Numbered from the stretch's first letter, positions 27,203 through 35,039 are shown. The stretch: DNA of 64,000 nt from an uncultured Bacteroidales bacterium (GCA_947165685.1 CAMVBK010000015.1:776-64775), one strand, 5' to 3'. Translations and numbers: made by a program. The notes: generated by a model from the letters alone, not told the origin.

Positions 27203-28383
27203 TGCGCCCAAAAGTTGTCATCACCGGCATGGGCGTGGTTTCCGCGCTCGGCGTGGGAGTGGAGGCGAACGCGGCGGCCCTGATGCATGGGGAGTCCGGC
27301 ATCGGGGAAGTGCGCTATCTGCCGACCGAGCGACGCGAGTTTCCCGTCGGGGAGGTGAAGATGAGCGACGAGGATCTTTGTCGCAGTCTGCAACTCACCG
27401 CCAGCCCGTATGTTTCGCGCACTAATCTGCTGGGAATCACGGCTCTACGCGAGGCCCTTGCACAGGCGAATCTGCTGAATCATCCGGATTTGGCACTCGT
27501 TTCCGGCACCACTGTCGGCGGCATGGATGTCACCGAACGGCTTTTTCCGGAACCCCTGCCTGCGGGGGTACGCGACGTGCACGACTGCGGTGCCTCCACC
27601 GACATCATTGCCGACTATTTCGGATGTTTCAACTACACCTCCACCGTCTCCACAGCTTGTTCTTCGGCCATGAACGCGCTGATTATGGGAAAGTTGCTGA
27701 TTGAGAGCGGCGAACGCGACATTGTGGTGGCGGGCGGCTCGGAGGCGTTGTCGCTGTTTCACCTCAATGGCTTCAAGTCGCTGATGATTCTCGACCGGCA
27801 GCGCTGCCGGCCATTCGACCGCGACCGCGCAGGACTGAACCTCGGCGAGGGGGCGGCCTTCTTGGTGTTGGAAAGCGAGGTGTCGGCCAAGCAGCGCGGA
27901 GCGGAAATTCTCGGCGTGCTGCGCGGGGTGGGGAATGCCTGCGATGCCTACCACCAGACAGCCTCCTCGGAGGTTGGGGAAGGTGCGTATTCGGCTATGG
28001 CACAAGCCCTTGACGATGCGGAACTGTCACCCTTCGACATTGACTACGTGAACGCGCACGGCACGGGCACACCCAACAACGATGCCTCCGAAAGTGCTGC
28101 GTTGCGACATCTGTTCGGAGAGAAACTCCCGCCGGTATCCTCCACGAAATCCTCCACGGGCCACACGACCAGCGCGTCGGGCTCTATTGAGGCGGTGTTT
28201 TGTCTGTTAGCCATGCGCCACGGTTTCATACCGTATCAAAAAGAGTTTCAAAATATTGACGAACAGTGTGTTACACCTGTATCGGCAGCTTCTGTCCTCC
28301 AAACGGAACTGCGCTGTGTGATGTGCAATGCTTTCGGTTTCGGGGGCAATGATTCGTCCATAATCCTGTCGCGCTATGAATAG
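27202..28383 (+). CDS. beta-ketoacyl-ACP synthase (KS, FabF-like)
   Basis: Active-site Cys context STACSSAM, plus NAHGTGTPNND and KSSTGHT motifs. Its start overlaps the ACP stop (TAATG). Confidence 0.9.
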   Translation: MRPKVVITGMGVVSALGVGVEANAAALMHGESGIGEVRYLPTERREFPVGEVKMSDEDLCRSLQLTASPYVSRTNLLGITALREALAQANLLNHPDLALVSGTTVGGMDVTERLFPEPLPAGVRDVHDCGASTDIIADYFGCFNYTSTVSTACSSAMNALIMGKLLIESGERDIVVAGGSEALSLFHLNGFKSLMILDRQRCRPFDRDRAGLNLGEGAAFLVLESEVSAKQRGAEILGVLRGVGNACDAYHQTASSEVGEGAYSAMAQALDDAELSPFDIDYVNAHGTGTPNNDASESAALRHLFGEKLPPVSSTKSSTGHTTSASGSIEAVFCLLAMRHGFIPYQKEFQNIDEQCVTPVSAASVLQTELRCVMCNAFGFGGNDSSIILSRYE

Positions 28384-28996
28384 AGTGTATGTGACCGCCA
28401 TCGTGAAGGATGTCCCCTCCGAGGAATATTCCCGCTACCTGCCGCCGATGAAGGCGCGCCGGATGGGGAAGTTGCAGAAACGTGCGTTGGTGACGGCTCT
28501 GAAGGCTATGGAAATCAGTGGGGTGGGGGAGCCCGACGCCATCTTGAACGGCACGGCAATGGGATGCATGGAGAACACGCTGCAGCTGCTCGACGGGCTC
28601 CATGCGGAGGGCGAGGCGGTGGCCATGCCGACCGCATTCATGCAATCGACCCACAACACGGTGGCCTCGCAGATCGCTATCTACACGAAAAATCACGGAT
28701 ACAACACGACCTACGCGCACCGGACGGTCTCCTTCGAGTTGGCCCTTCAAGACGCTTTCCTGCGGTTGCGCACGGGCAGGCTTCGCACCGCGCTGGTGTG
28801 CTGCAACGACGAGCTTACGGAGTTGCAGCGGAGCAATCCCCGTTTCTTTGGAACGTTGGAGGTCGCCGACCGCTCGGAGGCGTGGATGCTCAGTGCTGAT
28901 CCAGGCGAGCATCCGCTGTATGAAATTGAGAATGTGCAGATTATACATGAAAAAGGTGCGGGCGACCACGCTGTCATCCAAATGAAACCATTATGA
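28376..28996 (+). CDS. beta-ketoacyl synthase chain-length-factor-like protein (KS partner lacking catalytic Cys)
   Basis: 206 aa, with an 8-nt overlap to the KS gene. The KS N-domain-like sequence has no Cys-His-His triad. Confidence 0.65.
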   Translation: MNRVYVTAIVKDVPSEEYSRYLPPMKARRMGKLQKRALVTALKAMEISGVGEPDAILNGTAMGCMENTLQLLDGLHAEGEAVAMPTAFMQSTHNTVASQIAIYTKNHGYNTTYAHRTVSFELALQDAFLRLRTGRLRTALVCCNDELTELQRSNPRFFGTLEVADRSEAWMLSADPGEHPLYEIENVQIIHEKGAGDHAVIQMKPL

Positions 28997-29343
28997 GACT
29001 ATTTGCATTAGCCATTGTGCAGTCGTTGTTGTTGTGTTCCGGCCAGGTCTTCCTGAAGTTCGCCTTGGAGAAGATGGGCGCGTTCGCGTGGAAATGGTCT
29101 TTTTTCCTGGCGCAGCTCACCAATTGGTGGTGGTTGGCGTGCGGTGCCTGCTATGGTGCCGGCGCGGTGCTGTGGATGCACATTCTCAAGAACTTTCCCT
29201 TTTCCCGCGCCTATCCGCTCATCTCCATGAGCTACGTCTTCGGGATGTTCGCCGCATGGCTCATTTTCCACGAGACGGTGCCCATCACCCGCTGGGTCGG
29301 CGTGCTCTTGATCATGGCGGGCTGCTTCTTTGTGGCGCAGTGA
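28993..29343 (+). CDS. small DMT/EamA-like (SMR-size) membrane protein
   Basis: 116 aa with four hydrophobic segments. ATGA overlap with the CLF-like gene. Confidence 0.6.
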   Translation: MRLFALAIVQSLLLCSGQVFLKFALEKMGAFAWKWSFFLAQLTNWWWLACGACYGAGAVLWMHILKNFPFSRAYPLISMSYVFGMFAAWLIFHETVPITRWVGVLLIMAGCFFVAQ

Positions 29344-29385
29344 TGCGAGAGCCCGGGCCAGAATCTATGCAGAGCGATTATTTTG

Positions 29386-29393
29386 TACTTTTG
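29386..29393 (+). promoter_or_regulatory. -7 promoter box upstream of first Rhs-tip cassette
   Basis: TACTTTTG lies 15 nt upstream of the ATG at 29408. Confidence 0.45.
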
Positions 29394-29407
29394 TGCCGTA
29401 GAAAAAA

Positions 29408-29808
29408 ATGAGACCGGCTCAGCCATATAGCCCATTTCTCCCGCAGACCGCGCAGATTTCCGCAGAGATTCTTCGCGCAGATACGCGAGATACGCGGAGA
29501 TTTCCATGCGGGGACGCGGACGGCCCCATGCGCCCCGCGCCATTCCGCCGCACACACCGCCGCCCGTGGCCACAGAGCGCAACGCCTGTGCGGCGGAACC
29601 TCGACCAACACCCACGCTTTGCCGGAACTCACACGTTCTCCGCCAAAGAAAAGGACACGGAAACGGGCTTAAGCTACTTTGGCTCACGGTATTACAGCAG
29701 CGACCTAAGCATCTGGCTGAGCGTGGACCCCATGGCTGCGAAATATGCGAGTTTGAGTCCGTATGTTTATTGTGCGGACAACCCGGTGAAGTTGGTGGAT
29801 CCGGATGG
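29408..29808 (+). repeat. conserved 5' module of Rhs-tip cassettes, copy 1
   Basis: Aligns from the ATG to the GTGGATCCGGATGGG (VDPDG) boundary with 31044-31476. Contains CGCAGAT/GATACGCGGAGAT sub-repeats and a hairpin at 29543-29598. Confidence 0.9.
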
Positions 29809-30451
29809 GGAGGAGATTGACGATAACTTAGATAAATGGAAATATAATAAAGACACAAAAGAGTTAACTTGGCTTAGCGATGAGGGTGGAAGATACCATC
29901 AAATCGTTGTGGAAACAAAAAATACACCTTCGGGGGAGAGTGTGAACAGAACGGTAGAATTTGACGGAGCGATAGGGCAAATGTTTGACTTCTCCGTGGT
30001 TAGTAAAGAATTGGATGGAATGATAAATGGTGGGTTTGATGTATATGGGGGATTTGCCACATCTGTTGCGGGTGCTGCTATTATGTCGGAAGGAAGTGTT
30101 ATATCTGGTGGAGCTGCTTTCCCCGTGGGGGCTGCTATTTTTTCTGCAGGTGCATATCAATCTGTTAATGGATTGATTACTATTGCAAATGCTGGTGCGG
30201 GACGAGGGGTGGATATGTATGAACAGCAGGATATTGTGCGGGATATTTGCAAATCCGCAGGAAATAGTGTTGCAGGAATTTTGTCAGGGTTAAAACAAAA
30301 GCCTTTTACCGAAACGTTAAAAAACACATTTAAAACGGTGAGTAAGTCCATAGCGTCCTTTTCCATGTCAGCTGCATGGTCAACCGCTGTGAGGTATAGG
30401 ACAACACATCCTAAATACAAAGGTATTCCTTCAGGTTCGAAAGTTTACTAA
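29408..30451 (+). CDS. orphan RHS-repeat-associated-core C-terminal fragment fused to a Gly/Ala-rich (glycine-zipper) putative membrane-active toxin domain
   Basis: Core-end motif FSAKEKDTETGLSYFGSRYYSSDLSIWLSVDP...SPYVYCADNPVKLVDPDG. It is followed by a variable tip containing GGFATSVAGAAIMSEGSVISGGAAFPVGAAIFSAGAY. Confidence 0.8.
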   Translation: MRPAQPYSPFLPQTAQISAEILRADTRDTRRFPCGDADGPMRPAPFRRTHRRPWPQSATPVRRNLDQHPRFAGTHTFSAKEKDTETGLSYFGSRYYSSDLSIWLSVDPMAAKYASLSPYVYCADNPVKLVDPDGEEIDDNLDKWKYNKDTKELTWLSDEGGRYHQIVVETKNTPSGESVNRTVEFDGAIGQMFDFSVVSKELDGMINGGFDVYGGFATSVAGAAIMSEGSVISGGAAFPVGAAIFSAGAYQSVNGLITIANAGAGRGVDMYEQQDIVRDICKSAGNSVAGILSGLKQKPFTETLKNTFKTVSKSIASFSMSAAWSTAVRYRTTHPKYKGIPSGSKVY

Positions 30452-30464
30452 ATTGTCAAATGTT

Positions 30465-31028
30465 ATGATATTCGAAAGAAAAAACAAACTCCCATTTATT
30501 CTTTTTTTTATGTGTTATCTGCTGAAATACCAGCTGATATGGATTCTGACCACTATTTTTATCACGTATATCCCATACTATTTTAAAGGAGAAGATTGGT
30601 CTTTGCTGGAGTATTCCTTCTCTTGGTTTAGAGACATGCCTTTGGTCTGTTGTTTTGGACTTATGCCAATATTCGCACCATATGTGTATTATTTTCAATG
30701 TTTTAATATGATAAGAAATATAGATATAGATGAAAAAATGGGGACACTTACTATTGATTACGTGAGATTCTTTTTCTGGGAAAAAACTAAAGAATATATA
30801 TTAGGAGACCCGACATTCTGTTGCTCTATTTCAAATGAAAAACATAATTTTATTACAAGACTGTTTTTTCCTCATGCCAACATAGTTATAGGATTCGATG
30901 GCTCGACCGACAAATCACCATGGACATTGTTGTTAAAAGACCGCTGTGGCTGGGGGAGTGAACAATTAATTGAAATTTATGAAATTTTGAAGAAATATAG
31001 TCGCCATAATGATCAAGTATCAAACTAA
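30465..31028 (+). CDS. putative cognate immunity protein (N-terminal polytopic membrane domain)
   Basis: Starts 14 nt after the toxin stop and is AT-rich. Has 2-3 hydrophobic helices (FILFFMCYLL, LIWILTTIFITYIPYY, LVCCFGLMPIFAPYVYY). The call rests on position. Confidence 0.55.
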   Translation: MIFERKNKLPFILFFMCYLLKYQLIWILTTIFITYIPYYFKGEDWSLLEYSFSWFRDMPLVCCFGLMPIFAPYVYYFQCFNMIRNIDIDEKMGTLTIDYVRFFFWEKTKEYILGDPTFCCSISNEKHNFITRLFFPHANIVIGFDGSTDKSPWTLLLKDRCGWGSEQLIEIYEILKKYSRHNDQVSN

Positions 31029-31043
31029 CGAGAATAATATCCC

Positions 31044-31476
31044 ATGAACCTCCACCAACCATATTCCCCAAGTCTCCCGCAGACCGCGCAGACACCCGCA
31101 GAATCTGCATGCTTTTATCCGCGCCGATACGCGAGATACGCGGAGATGTTCACGAGCGATACGCGGAGATTTCCATGCGGGGACGCAGACGGCCCCATGC
31201 GCCCCGCGCCATTCCGCCACACCCCCAGCCGTCCGTGGCCACAGAGCGCGACGCCTGTGTGGCGGAACCTCGACCAACATCCACGCTTTGCCGGAACTTA
31301 CACGTTCTCCGCCAAAGAAAAGGACTCCGAAACCGGCCTAAGCTACTTTGGATCACGGTATTACAGCTCGGATTTGAGCATTTGGCTCAGTGTGGATCCG
31401 AAAAGCGATAATTACCCGTCATTGAGCCCGTACGTGTATTGCGCGAATAATCCGGTGAAGTTGGTGGATCCGGATG
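31044..31476 (+). repeat. conserved 5' module of Rhs-tip cassettes, copy 2
   Basis: See copy 1. Contains an extra internal duplication of the GATACGCGGAGAT unit. Hairpin at 31212-31267. Confidence 0.9.
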
Positions 31477-31940
31477 GGAACTTCCCTATTATTCCATTTT
31501 TGATTAAGGCAGGCATAAATGCAATGGCTGACTGTCTGATGCAGGCTGCGATGAACTACTATTTCAATCCTCAAACAACGGGAGATCTTAGGGCTTCCTT
31601 TTTAAATATAAATGACTGGATCACTCTTAAATCGGGTGCGGAAGGTGCAATTCCATGGAAAATTCCGGGAGGGAAGGCAGGACGAGCTGCAGTTACTGCT
31701 GCCGGTGACGTTCTCGCATATTTCTGTGCGTCACCTAAACAATACACAACAAAACAAGCTCTTGAAGATTTTACAGTTGGTTTTATTGGTGAATTAGCTG
31801 GAGGTGGATTAAGTGACCTCATTGCAAAATATGGAGCGCCAGCAGTTGCAAAAGGACTATGTAGAATACCTGGGTTTAGTGTTAATAAGATCCGTGGTTT
31901 AATAGGTTATAACCTTGTCTCCGATTATGCACAAATCTAA
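31044..31940 (+). CDS. orphan RHS-core C-terminal fragment fused to a toxin tip of unrecognised family
   Basis: Contains FSAKEKDSETGLSYFGSRYYSSDLSIWLSVDP...SPYVYCANNPVKLVDPDG followed by a 155-aa tip that I cannot assign. Confidence 0.8.
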   Translation: MNLHQPYSPSLPQTAQTPAESACFYPRRYARYAEMFTSDTRRFPCGDADGPMRPAPFRHTPSRPWPQSATPVWRNLDQHPRFAGTYTFSAKEKDSETGLSYFGSRYYSSDLSIWLSVDPKSDNYPSLSPYVYCANNPVKLVDPDGNFPIIPFLIKAGINAMADCLMQAAMNYYFNPQTTGDLRASFLNINDWITLKSGAEGAIPWKIPGGKAGRAAVTAAGDVLAYFCASPKQYTTKQALEDFTVGFIGELAGGGLSDLIAKYGAPAVAKGLCRIPGFSVNKIRGLIGYNLVSDYAQI

Positions 31941-32011
31941 CAAAGAGATTAAAAGGATCAACGTGCAAAGAAGCCAAGGGAGATGGAAATAATAAAAACA
32001 AACAAAAACTT

Positions 32012-32350
32012 ATGACTATCAATCAATCAGTTTTGAATACCTTATATGGTTCTTCGATCGAGAATATACATATAGATTTTCTTATGAAACAGATCAGTAT
32101 TCTTGTCAAGACTGTCAGCAACAATGTTGTTTTATTCCATAACATACATTTTTGCAATGTGACCAAATTCGAGTTGACGAATAATATTCAATATGGAGGG
32201 CCGGCGACTTTTGAAGAAATTTTGAACATATCGGAATCGAACAAATTATTAGATTTCGATGATACTCATCTTGAATATGATTATTGTATTGATGGAGACT
32301 TCTTTGAAATATATATCAAATCGGATATAGCAAAGATAGAGTCACTATGA
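32012..32350 (+). CDS. putative immunity protein for cassette 2
   Basis: 112 aa, AT-rich, acidic, with no signal peptide. The call rests on position. Confidence 0.5.
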   Translation: MTINQSVLNTLYGSSIENIHIDFLMKQISILVKTVSNNVVLFHNIHFCNVTKFELTNNIQYGGPATFEEILNISESNKLLDFDDTHLEYDYCIDGDFFEIYIKSDIAKIESL

Positions 32351-32549
32351 AGGAGTCAAGGAATGTTACATAGTTACTTCTTTCCTTGGTAGTTATGGCA
32401 CAAAAGGAAATTATTACAATCCTATAACAAAAGAATCCTTACATCCAGATTTAGATCATCCTGCACCAATAGGCCCTCATTGGGATTATAAAGACCCTAC
32501 TGGTAAAAAATGGAGGTTGTTCGAAAATGGAACTTTGAAAGAAAAGTAG
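32340..32549 (+). pseudogene. start-less 3' remnant of a third polymorphic-toxin tip
   Basis: The frame is open for 69 codons with no ATG. It ends GTKGNYYNPITKESLHPDLDHPAPIGPHWDYKDPTGKKWRLFENGTLKEK. It overlaps the end of the preceding gene and is followed by a small immunity-like gene. Confidence 0.45.
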
Positions 32550-32578
32550 GTTTTTGTAAATATTAATTTTATAGATAT

Positions 32579-32833
32579 ATGAAAAATAATTTAAAGAAGA
32601 ATTGGAGACTTCAGGGACAAGAAAACTATTTAAAAGGAGTAAGATTGATAAGACACAAGTACCAAATCGCTGGGCGTGATTGGGATCATGACCATTGTGA
32701 TTTTTGCGGAGCTAAATTTTCAACAAATGAAGGAGATCTCCATTTTGGATACTCAACAATAGATTCATATTATTGGATTTGTGATCAATGTTATAATGAT
32801 TTCAAGAGTATGTTCAAATGGATAGTAGAATAG
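32579..32833 (+). CDS. small Cys-rich immunity-like protein
   Basis: 84 aa containing DHDHCDFCGAKF ... YWICDQCYNDF, a pair of CxxC motifs. It sits right after the toxin remnant. Confidence 0.5.
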   Translation: MKNNLKKNWRLQGQENYLKGVRLIRHKYQIAGRDWDHDHCDFCGAKFSTNEGDLHFGYSTIDSYYWICDQCYNDFKSMFKWIVE

Positions 32834-32929
32834 GAACACGTTGGTATCCACAATCAATAATGAGAAACCCGAACCAAAGGACACCGTATGGAAACATAAG
32901 TCAGACATTCCTTTTGTTAGTCAACCCCG

Positions 32930-33424
32930 ATGATTATTAAGATTATGAGAAAGGTAGTTGCTCTTAAAATTACGACATTTTGCCTACTAATGGCTTTTTT
33001 GCTACAGTCGTGTGGTTATTTCTTGCCTGATACAATTCTTAGGGAAAGAAAAAGAAAACAAATCGGGAAATATGTCATCGATATGGAACGGACAGAATGG
33101 GGAGATTATGAAGAGGAAAAAAACAACTATAGCGACTTGAGCATTGTTTTCAAAAAAGACATGACATTTGAAGTGAGTCGAGCCGTGCCTTTTTTGTTAG
33201 ACACAACAGGTCAATATGTAATCAGGGGAGCAGATGAATTATCTCACATCCACTTTTCGAGTCAAATCCAAAAACGAGGAATCACACGAAATGGTACTTG
33301 GTTATGGGAATGTTGGGAAGTCGCTCCTGGTGATTCTGTCACAGCCATCATAGGTCCGATACCCCAACACAATGAGCAACGTCAAATTCCTAAGCTCTAT
33401 TTCAGAAAGGTGGGTCACATTTAA
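32930..33424 (+). CDS. lipoprotein of unknown function (possible further immunity protein)
   Basis: Lipobox LLQSCG after a hydrophobic leader. AT-rich. The start may instead be 32945. Confidence 0.55.
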   Translation: MIIKIMRKVVALKITTFCLLMAFLLQSCGYFLPDTILRERKRKQIGKYVIDMERTEWGDYEEEKNNYSDLSIVFKKDMTFEVSRAVPFLLDTTGQYVIRGADELSHIHFSSQIQKRGITRNGTWLWECWEVAPGDSVTAIIGPIPQHNEQRQIPKLYFRKVGHI

Positions 33425-33636
33425 CTATGCATGCCGAATAAAATACATAAGATTTTCTAAAAAGAATCTCTCTTGTTCTTTCGCTTGGGCGACCGGGCAC
33501 GCTATCCACTCGAATTTCGCCGCAAACGTCTCATAACCGCAATCGTTGTCGCGGTATTAAGGAAGATGAAAACACAGTCAACCAGCACGACAGCGTTTTC
33601 CCGTAACCGTCCCAAAATGTGACGGACGTTTGAAGC

Positions 33637-33836
33637 ATCTTTGCCAAAACATCAGTTTATGGCAAAGAGCAGCACCCGCAGGGTAACCATCTACATCAAC
33701 GGCAAGGAGGTGGAGGCCTCCGTCAAGCAGATACGTTCCGAGATGAACAAGCTCGTGAACGAGCAGAACCGCATGGTCATCGGCTCTGACGAGTACATCG
33801 CCCACGCCAAGAAAATCAAGGAGCTGAGGCAGTACC
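33637..33836 (+). repeat. direct repeat copy A (promoter plus first ~59 codons of a tape-measure-like gene)
   Basis: About 96 percent identical, by manual alignment, to 38847-39048. Confidence 0.9.
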
Positions 33837-33889
33837 ATTATAAAAAAATGTATTTTTGCGAGGTCATTGCTATTCGTGAGATAGTATGA
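33659..33889 (+). pseudogene. truncated head of phage tail tape-measure-like gene (copy A), fused to unrelated AT-rich sequence after codon ~59
   Basis: Begins MAKSSTRRVTIYINGKEVEASVKQIRSEMNKLVNEQNRMVIGSDEYIAHAKKIKELRQY. Homology to copy B then stops abruptly at 33836. Confidence 0.55.
33851..33858 (+). promoter_or_regulatory. -7 promoter box at the start of the AT-rich insert
   Basis: TATTTTTG lies 57 nt upstream of the ATG at 33915. Confidence 0.45.
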
Positions 33890-33914
33890 CAAGAGAGTGT
33901 CATTATTGTTACGT

Positions 33915-34541
33915 ATGCAAATTGAAGATTCACATCGCGACTATTATGATTATGCCTGTCCGCATTTGATCGACAAAACCATTGTCTATCATCGGAACAG
34001 TCAGGTTGTTTTGGGGCAGGAACTCTTTTTCAACCCGAACCCCTTCCATATTGATGTGGAAAAATGGTTCAACAGGTTTCATCATCAGTGGGAATGTCAA
34101 ACGTGGGAGTTTGGACTCTATGTCGGATATGAATACTACAAATTTTTAGTCGGCAGATATCTCGAAAAAGGACAACTCATTCTGGAATATTTACCAGTCA
34201 CGGAGACGGAGCGTGAGAAAAATGAACGGGAATCTTTGAAACGGCCATCTGACGTGGCCATCGTATTGGTTTCAAAATACGGGATGTATGACGACCGCTT
34301 TGCCGGACGGGAATTGCGTTTTACCCGCGAGTATTGGCAGGTCAATCATGCCCTGATCGAAAACCCGATTCTAAAAGAGACTTGGCTCACAAAAGTTCTT
34401 TCGCCCGAGAGTGTTTGGACCAATGTTTATAACTATTTGGTGGCGACCAAGGATGAGCCCGTTCAGGACCGCCGCACAAACACGGAGAAGATCCTGTCAG
34501 CCGGCTTTGACACCAAGACCAGTTTCAGGAATGTGAAATAA
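33915..34541 (+). CDS. hypothetical protein, no family recognised
   Basis: 208 aa from MQIEDSHRDYY (the ORF track uses the GTG at 33897). Trp/Tyr/His-rich. Ends RRTNTEKILSAGFDTKTSFRNVK. Confidence 0.6.
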   Translation: MQIEDSHRDYYDYACPHLIDKTIVYHRNSQVVLGQELFFNPNPFHIDVEKWFNRFHHQWECQTWEFGLYVGYEYYKFLVGRYLEKGQLILEYLPVTETEREKNERESLKRPSDVAIVLVSKYGMYDDRFAGRELRFTREYWQVNHALIENPILKETWLTKVLSPESVWTNVYNYLVATKDEPVQDRRTNTEKILSAGFDTKTSFRNVK

Positions 34542-34706
34542 GCTTCAATTGGGTAATCAATATGTGATGTTTGGTTGCAGTTCAGGTGCTGAACTAATCA
34601 TAATGTGATGAGTTCGGCATTTCAAACTCAGCGTATCTGCACGGAGAAGTTTCGTAAAGCTAAACGGTTTTGTAGAGCGTTCTCAAATGTTGGGCACGGA
34701 GTTTGT

Positions 34707-35039
34707 TTACCAAAGCGCAACACGTCCAAGCTTGCCGAGGTCGAGTGTTGCGGTTTCCGCTCCGAGTGCTTTGAACGCGCGCATAATGGTGCTGTATGCA
34801 ATGCCTTTGCCACTCTCGATCTTTGAAACAAAGGATTTCTTGACACCCATGCGCTCTCCCAGCTCATCTTGGGTCATTCCCTGTTTCTTCCGAGCCTGTT
34901 TAATGGCTTCACCGATATAATAGTCGTCAACCTCTTTTTTGACTTTTGCCTCGAACTCGTCGCGTTTGGATGTTCCAACTTTGCCTATGAGTTCATCCAG
35001 CATTTCTTCTTCTGTGTAAAACTTCTTGTTGGTTTCCAT
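34707..35039 (-). CDS. higA: XRE-family HTH antitoxin (HigA-like)
   Basis: HTH segment MTQDELGERMGVKKSFVSKIESGK. Sits 11 nt downstream of the RelE/Gp49-type toxin gene. Confidence 0.8.
   Translation of the reverse strand: METNKKFYTEEEMLDELIGKVGTSKRDEFEAKVKKEVDDYYIGEAIKQARKKQGMTQDELGERMGVKKSFVSKIESGKGIAYSTIMRAFKALGAETATLDLGKLGRVALW

Noticed and set aside
29232-29858. A 208-aa minus-strand ORF across the Rhs-cassette 5' module. The ORFs at 29378-29632 and 31020-31280 are similar.
   Set aside because: They are antisense to the conserved module and open only because of GC richness and repeats. Their composition is Arg/Gly/Cys-rich and non-protein-like.
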